Shown: one piece after another, positions 49,901-51,786 of the stretch
How positions within the stretch are numbered: the stretch's first letter is position 1
How the letters are laid out: every line of letters begins with the position of its first letter
DNA from: Polaribacter sp.
GTDB taxonomy: Bacteria; Bacteroidota; Bacteroidia; Flavobacteriales; Flavobacteriaceae
Direction of reading: 5' to 3'
Assembly (NCBI GenBank): GCA_036846425.1
Contig: DAIUBY010000008.1
Coordinates: forward strand, 1 to 51,786
DNA length: 51,786 nucleotides
The notes under the pieces: generated by a model
Databases searched by the model: none
Seen by the model: the letters and a program-made list of their open reading frames with translations, nothing else
What the model was told of the DNA's origin: nothing
Translations under genes and position numbers: made by a program

Positions 49901-50531
49901 GTCTTGTTATTGTAGTTTCAGATGATTTATAAAAATCCAATGCTTGATTCGCTAAAAAGTCATACAAAGTGGGTCTGTATGTTTTTGAACCTTTTTGAAT
50001 TTGTAAAATAGCTGCAAAATCGTCAATTGAGCCTTTTTGAAGTTTTGCTACATTTTCTAAAGAAGCATTAAAATGTGTGTGAATTTCTTCAAAAAGCGTG
50101 TGTAAATCCCAAGTTCTAAAATCAATTTCATCAACTTTATTTTCGGTTTTTGTACGATTATAAATGATATATCTATTTTGATTAAAATATTGCCAATACA
50201 AATTGGCTAAAATGTTTTGTAAAATATTTTTTGTTGGATAATTACTTTTAGAAATATGTTTTTTAAAATTTTCAATCACTTTCAGTTGAGCATCTTCTTC
50301 AAGTACCATCATAAATTTACTTTTGTAAAAAAGCGATTTTATAAGCTGAGGTGAATTCTGCTCTTTTTCAGCCTTTGCATAAATTTTTTCCACAATTGCT
50401 GCTGCCGATTTTGGCAAATTATCAACTTCTAATTTTTCAACTTCAATCCAAAGAGAATCAAAATCATTTTGAGCATTTATAGTTACCGAAAAAAGCAACA
50501 ACGTTAAAAAGGGAATTAATTGTTTTTTCAT
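43917..50531 (-). CDS. Bacterial alpha-2-macroglobulin with internal SusC-like carboxypeptidase-regulatory/plug module
   Basis: FTDRSIYRPGQ, VEEYKRP, R.DFKETAFF.P, PRFLRE.D, thioester CAEQ at 45597-45608; insert at about 46375-46930 ending YGARAANGVIIINTK. Confidence 0.93.
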   Translation of the reverse strand: MKKQLIPFLTLLLFSVTINAQNDFDSLWIEVEKLEVDNLPKSAAAIVEKIYAKAEKEQNSPQLIKSLFYKSKFMMVLEEDAQLKVIENFKKHISKSNYPTKNILQNILANLYWQYFNQNRYIIYNRTKTENKVDEIDFRTWDLHTLFEEIHTHFNASLENVAKLQKGSIDDFAAILQIQKGSKTYRPTLYDFLANQALDFYKSSETTITRPAYKFVIDNPTFLSDYKTFSIVNLQSKDSLSLQFNALKIYQDLIQFHAKQNNLNALVDIDIQRILFVYQNATFNDKESYLLNTLKTSKESFETNELNGLYAFEIAKIHREKSQNKEAISICDAVINQFPKSMGALNCTILKNQIEEKSLQIDAEEFIPIQTKSRILVTYKNIDSLFFTAYKITDAQLYEFNRIYKFEEQEKFINSLQKVETWKYTLRNENDYLVHTTEIIVPKFNAGRYLLVTSEHKELKEEHIFGTASIQVTNLTLVENNFDGKNNYQVVDRNNGKPIKNAVIHLKNKNRKNGAEINKKLTTDKNGFASFKSKKYYPETDISVRTKNDFALFGNQYLYDYSDSNYTNKDDDQIILKPFIFTDRSIYRPGQTVYFKVIVIKKQGEKTEVFKNEYVEVILNDANNQKVKTLDLKLNEFGSVASEFILPNNGLTGKFSIEVDESSKHDSKFYDNEDFDFDYNNSTSFSVEEYKRPKFETKFNPITESFKMNDSISVKGFAKAFSGANVTDAKVVYRVQRKVVYPSWYYWYRPNLNTTSQEITNGESSTNDKGEFEIVFTAIPDETVDKKSLPVFNYEITADITDINGETRSATTIVKVGYHSLTASISLNDKIDKNQEETILKVDTKNLNDEFVPAKGNLTIYKLKAPKNPLRKRPWSAPDYQDISENTFRTLFPNDPFTDDETDEKNWEKGLAVFSTEFDTKTSKEIKLNNLKNWVSGEYVVIVESKDKFGQDVKDEKRFSLFSSKEKTVADAKLFTINTNKAFYKIGDEVEIQIASASKNMTVVLQIEKKSKIVDTYLVKLNNSVSSIKVPVKNTDLGGFAIKYHFVNFNYFESGSLLVAVPQKQENIEIETNIFRDKLQPGQEETWSYSIKNDKNNALTAEVLASMYDASLDEFTSHNWQFDPIKPKSSYYSYTTSKANHSFGNTNFSIKNYQFRYYNFPRILYDEYNWFGFSLNENNWQKQQYLKNLKQKINSTRTDFDGTITGVVEDKNSPLPGVSITIKGTNYRTETDFDGNYSIKVKKGDVLEFRYLGYKSIEFLIYNQTNLNVLLEEEANHLDEIVVAGYGTEERKSFTGAVTSVKSEVLLGKMAGVNITDDSGNIRIRGMNTLDGENQPLYIVDGVLVDKFDLNSIQIAEMSVLKDAAATSIYGARAANGVIIINTKAGQEKLDAALSKVQARKDFKETAFFFPQLRTDKNGQVHFSFTMPEALTRWKLQLLTHTTEAKSATKTMQTITQKELMVVPNAPRFLREKDTITFNAKITNLTNNQLSGFAKLILTDAISGKDITQDLLSKSGSLPLGEMSQSDRVGFVVDKDGNTNVSWELSIPETVQAVQYKIVAKAGDFSDGEQHVLPVLTNRMLVTETLPMWVRSNQTKTFTLDKLKNNTSSTLKNHKLTLEMTSNPVWYALQALPYLMEYPYECAEQTFSRYYANTLASFVTNSNPKIQQVFDAWKSSDALLSNLEKNEELKSLMIQETPWLRDAQSETEQKKRIALLFDLNKMKNEQEKAISKLKDLQLNSGGFSWFKGSETPSVFITQHIATGFGHLKKLGVTNLDDSTKNMIQKTVTFLDAELLNTYNKLLENAKKESYQPKNKKEEKQRFDAYLAKNNLSYDIIQYVYMRSFYTDIAMNSDLKNAVNYYQNQTISYWNDYNLYAKGQIALSLFRNDKKTEAAKIVKSLKENAIISDELGMYWKSNTAGYWYYQAPVETQALMIEVFSDIENDTKTIDNLKIWLLKNKQTNQWKTTKATTEAVYALLLNGSDFMAIDEQVNIKIGEQEIIPTKLKSVKVEAGSGYFKTSWDSSEIKKEMAAVTISKKENGIAWGGLYWQYFEDLDKITSAETPLKLTKKLFLKTNSDNGKELQEINKNTKVAIGDLITVRIELRSDRDMEFIHMKDMRAAGLEPINVLSKYKWQENLGYYESTKDAATNFFFDRIPKGVYVFEYDVRVNNAGNFSNGITTIQSMYAPEFSSHSKGERINVFEK
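45939..45986 (+). repeat. REP-like double hairpin inside the alpha-2-macroglobulin CDS (copy 4)
   Basis: TGTCAC-TTT-GTGACA (45950-45964) and TCTCTCCC-AAA-GGGAGAGA (45965-45983). Confidence 0.8.
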
Positions 50532-50695
50532 TTATAATGCATTTTTAAGTGTCAAAATCAATAAAAAGAATTTAAAATTTTAAATATAGTTTTTAATTTC
50601 ATTATTCATAAAAATTATTTCTGATTGACTTTCGTTCTAAAATTAGGTTAAATTGTTTAAAGCTTTTGTATTTTTACTCCCAATAAATTTCATTT

Positions 50696-51786
50696 ATGAA
50701 CATTCATTTTATTGCAATTGGAGGAAGTGCCATGCACAATTTGGCAATTGCTTTACACCAAAAAGGATACCAAGTTTTTGGAAGCGATGACACCATTCAC
50801 GAGCCATCAAAATCTCGTTTGGAAAAATATGGTTTGTTGCCAAAAGAATTTGGATGGTTTCCAGAAAAAATCAACAATACAATTGATGTGGTTATTTTAG
50901 GAATGCACGCCAAAAAAGACAATCCTGAATTGGTAAAAGCAGCAGCATTAGGATTGAAAATCTATTCATATCCTGAGTTTTTGTATGAGCAATCTAAAAA
51001 TAAAACACGCGTTGTAATTGGAGGTTCGCATGGAAAAACAACCATTACTTCCATGATTTTACATGTAATGAATTATCACGAAAAAGAAGTTGATTATATG
51101 GTTGGTGCACAATTAGAAGGTTTTGAAACCATGGTTCATCTTACAGAAGAAAACGAATTTATGGTGTTAGAAGGTGATGAATATTTGAGTTCGCCAATTG
51201 ACAGACGTCCCAAATTTCATTTATACAAACCCAATATTGCTTTGTTAAGTGGGATTGCTTGGGATCATATCAATGTGTTTCCAACGTTTGAAAATTATAA
51301 AGAACAGTTCCGAATTTTTACTGATTCCATGATCAATGGTGGAAGTATGGTCTATAATTCAGAAGACGAACATGTGAAAGATGTTGTTGAATCCTCAGAA
51401 AATCACATCAAAAAGTATCCTTACAGCACTCCAAAGCATTTTATTGAAAACGGAATTACGTATCTTGAAACACCTGAAGGCGATTTGCCATTAGAGATTT
51501 TTGGAATTCATAATTTACAAAATCTAGCAGGAGCAAAGTGGATTTGCCAACACATGGGCATTGATGAAGACGATTTTTATGAAGCAATTGCTAGTTTTAA
51601 AGGAGCAAGCAAACGTTTAGAAAAAATTGCAAGTAGCAAATCAACAGTTGTTTTTAAAGATTTTGCTCACAGTCCAAGTAAGGTTTCTGCAACCACAAAT
51701 GCTGTGAAAGAGCAGTTTAAAGATTGGACAGTGTTGGCTTGTTTAGAGTTGCATACGTATTCTAGTTTGAATGCAGAGTTTTTGGC
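50696..51786 (+). CDS. MurC/Mpl-family Mur ligase (partial, runs off window; missing from the ORF track)
   Basis: MNIHFIAIGGSAMHNLA, GSD, GGSHGKTT, EGDEY, WDHINVF, HNLQN, F.GASKRLE, DFAHSPSK. Confidence 0.9.
   Translation, partial: MNIHFIAIGGSAMHNLAIALHQKGYQVFGSDDTIHEPSKSRLEKYGLLPKEFGWFPEKINNTIDVVILGMHAKKDNPELVKAAALGLKIYSYPEFLYEQSKNKTRVVIGGSHGKTTITSMILHVMNYHEKEVDYMVGAQLEGFETMVHLTEENEFMVLEGDEYLSSPIDRRPKFHLYKPNIALLSGIAWDHINVFPTFENYKEQFRIFTDSMINGGSMVYNSEDEHVKDVVESSENHIKKYPYSTPKHFIENGITYLETPEGDLPLEIFGIHNLQNLAGAKWICQHMGIDEDDFYEAIASFKGASKRLEKIASSKSTVVFKDFAHSPSKVSATTNAVKEQFKDWTVLACLELHTYSSLNAEFL

Noticed and set aside
50712..50900. 62-aa ORF in the ORF track
   Set aside because: Out-of-frame overlap with the Mur ligase gene starting at 50696

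Overview
AT-rich, gene-dense chromosomal segment of a Flavobacteriaceae bacterium (Polaribacter/Tenacibaculum-like, inferred from gene content, Bacteroidota TAnnTTTG promoter motifs and the tmRNA tag). It is mostly core genome: obgE, a fused hpt-adk, secDF, mdh, gyrB, a complete trpEGDCFBA operon, ftsE, ssrA, kdsA and a Mur-ligase gene. I saw no CRISPR array, transposase, integrase or prophage. Points worth follow-up: (1) a gatC-gatA-[gatB::aspS] operon encoding a covalently fused 'transamidosome', preceded by an unexplained structured leader with a terminator; (2) a fully readable trp attenuator with an unannotated, probably leaderless WWW leader peptide; (3) a family of short CCCAAAGGG-core palindromic repeats found at stop codons and also in frame inside trpF and the alpha-2-macroglobulin gene; (4) 7-nt-periodic arrays bridging stop and start codons at four junctions; (5) a BlaI/BlaR1 locus with three operator palindromes and a duplicated sensor/TonB-C module; (6) a thioester alpha-2-macroglobulin carrying a SusC-like plug module, plus a stand-alone plug protein. 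All calls come from reading the sequence and recalling protein families; no database searches were run.
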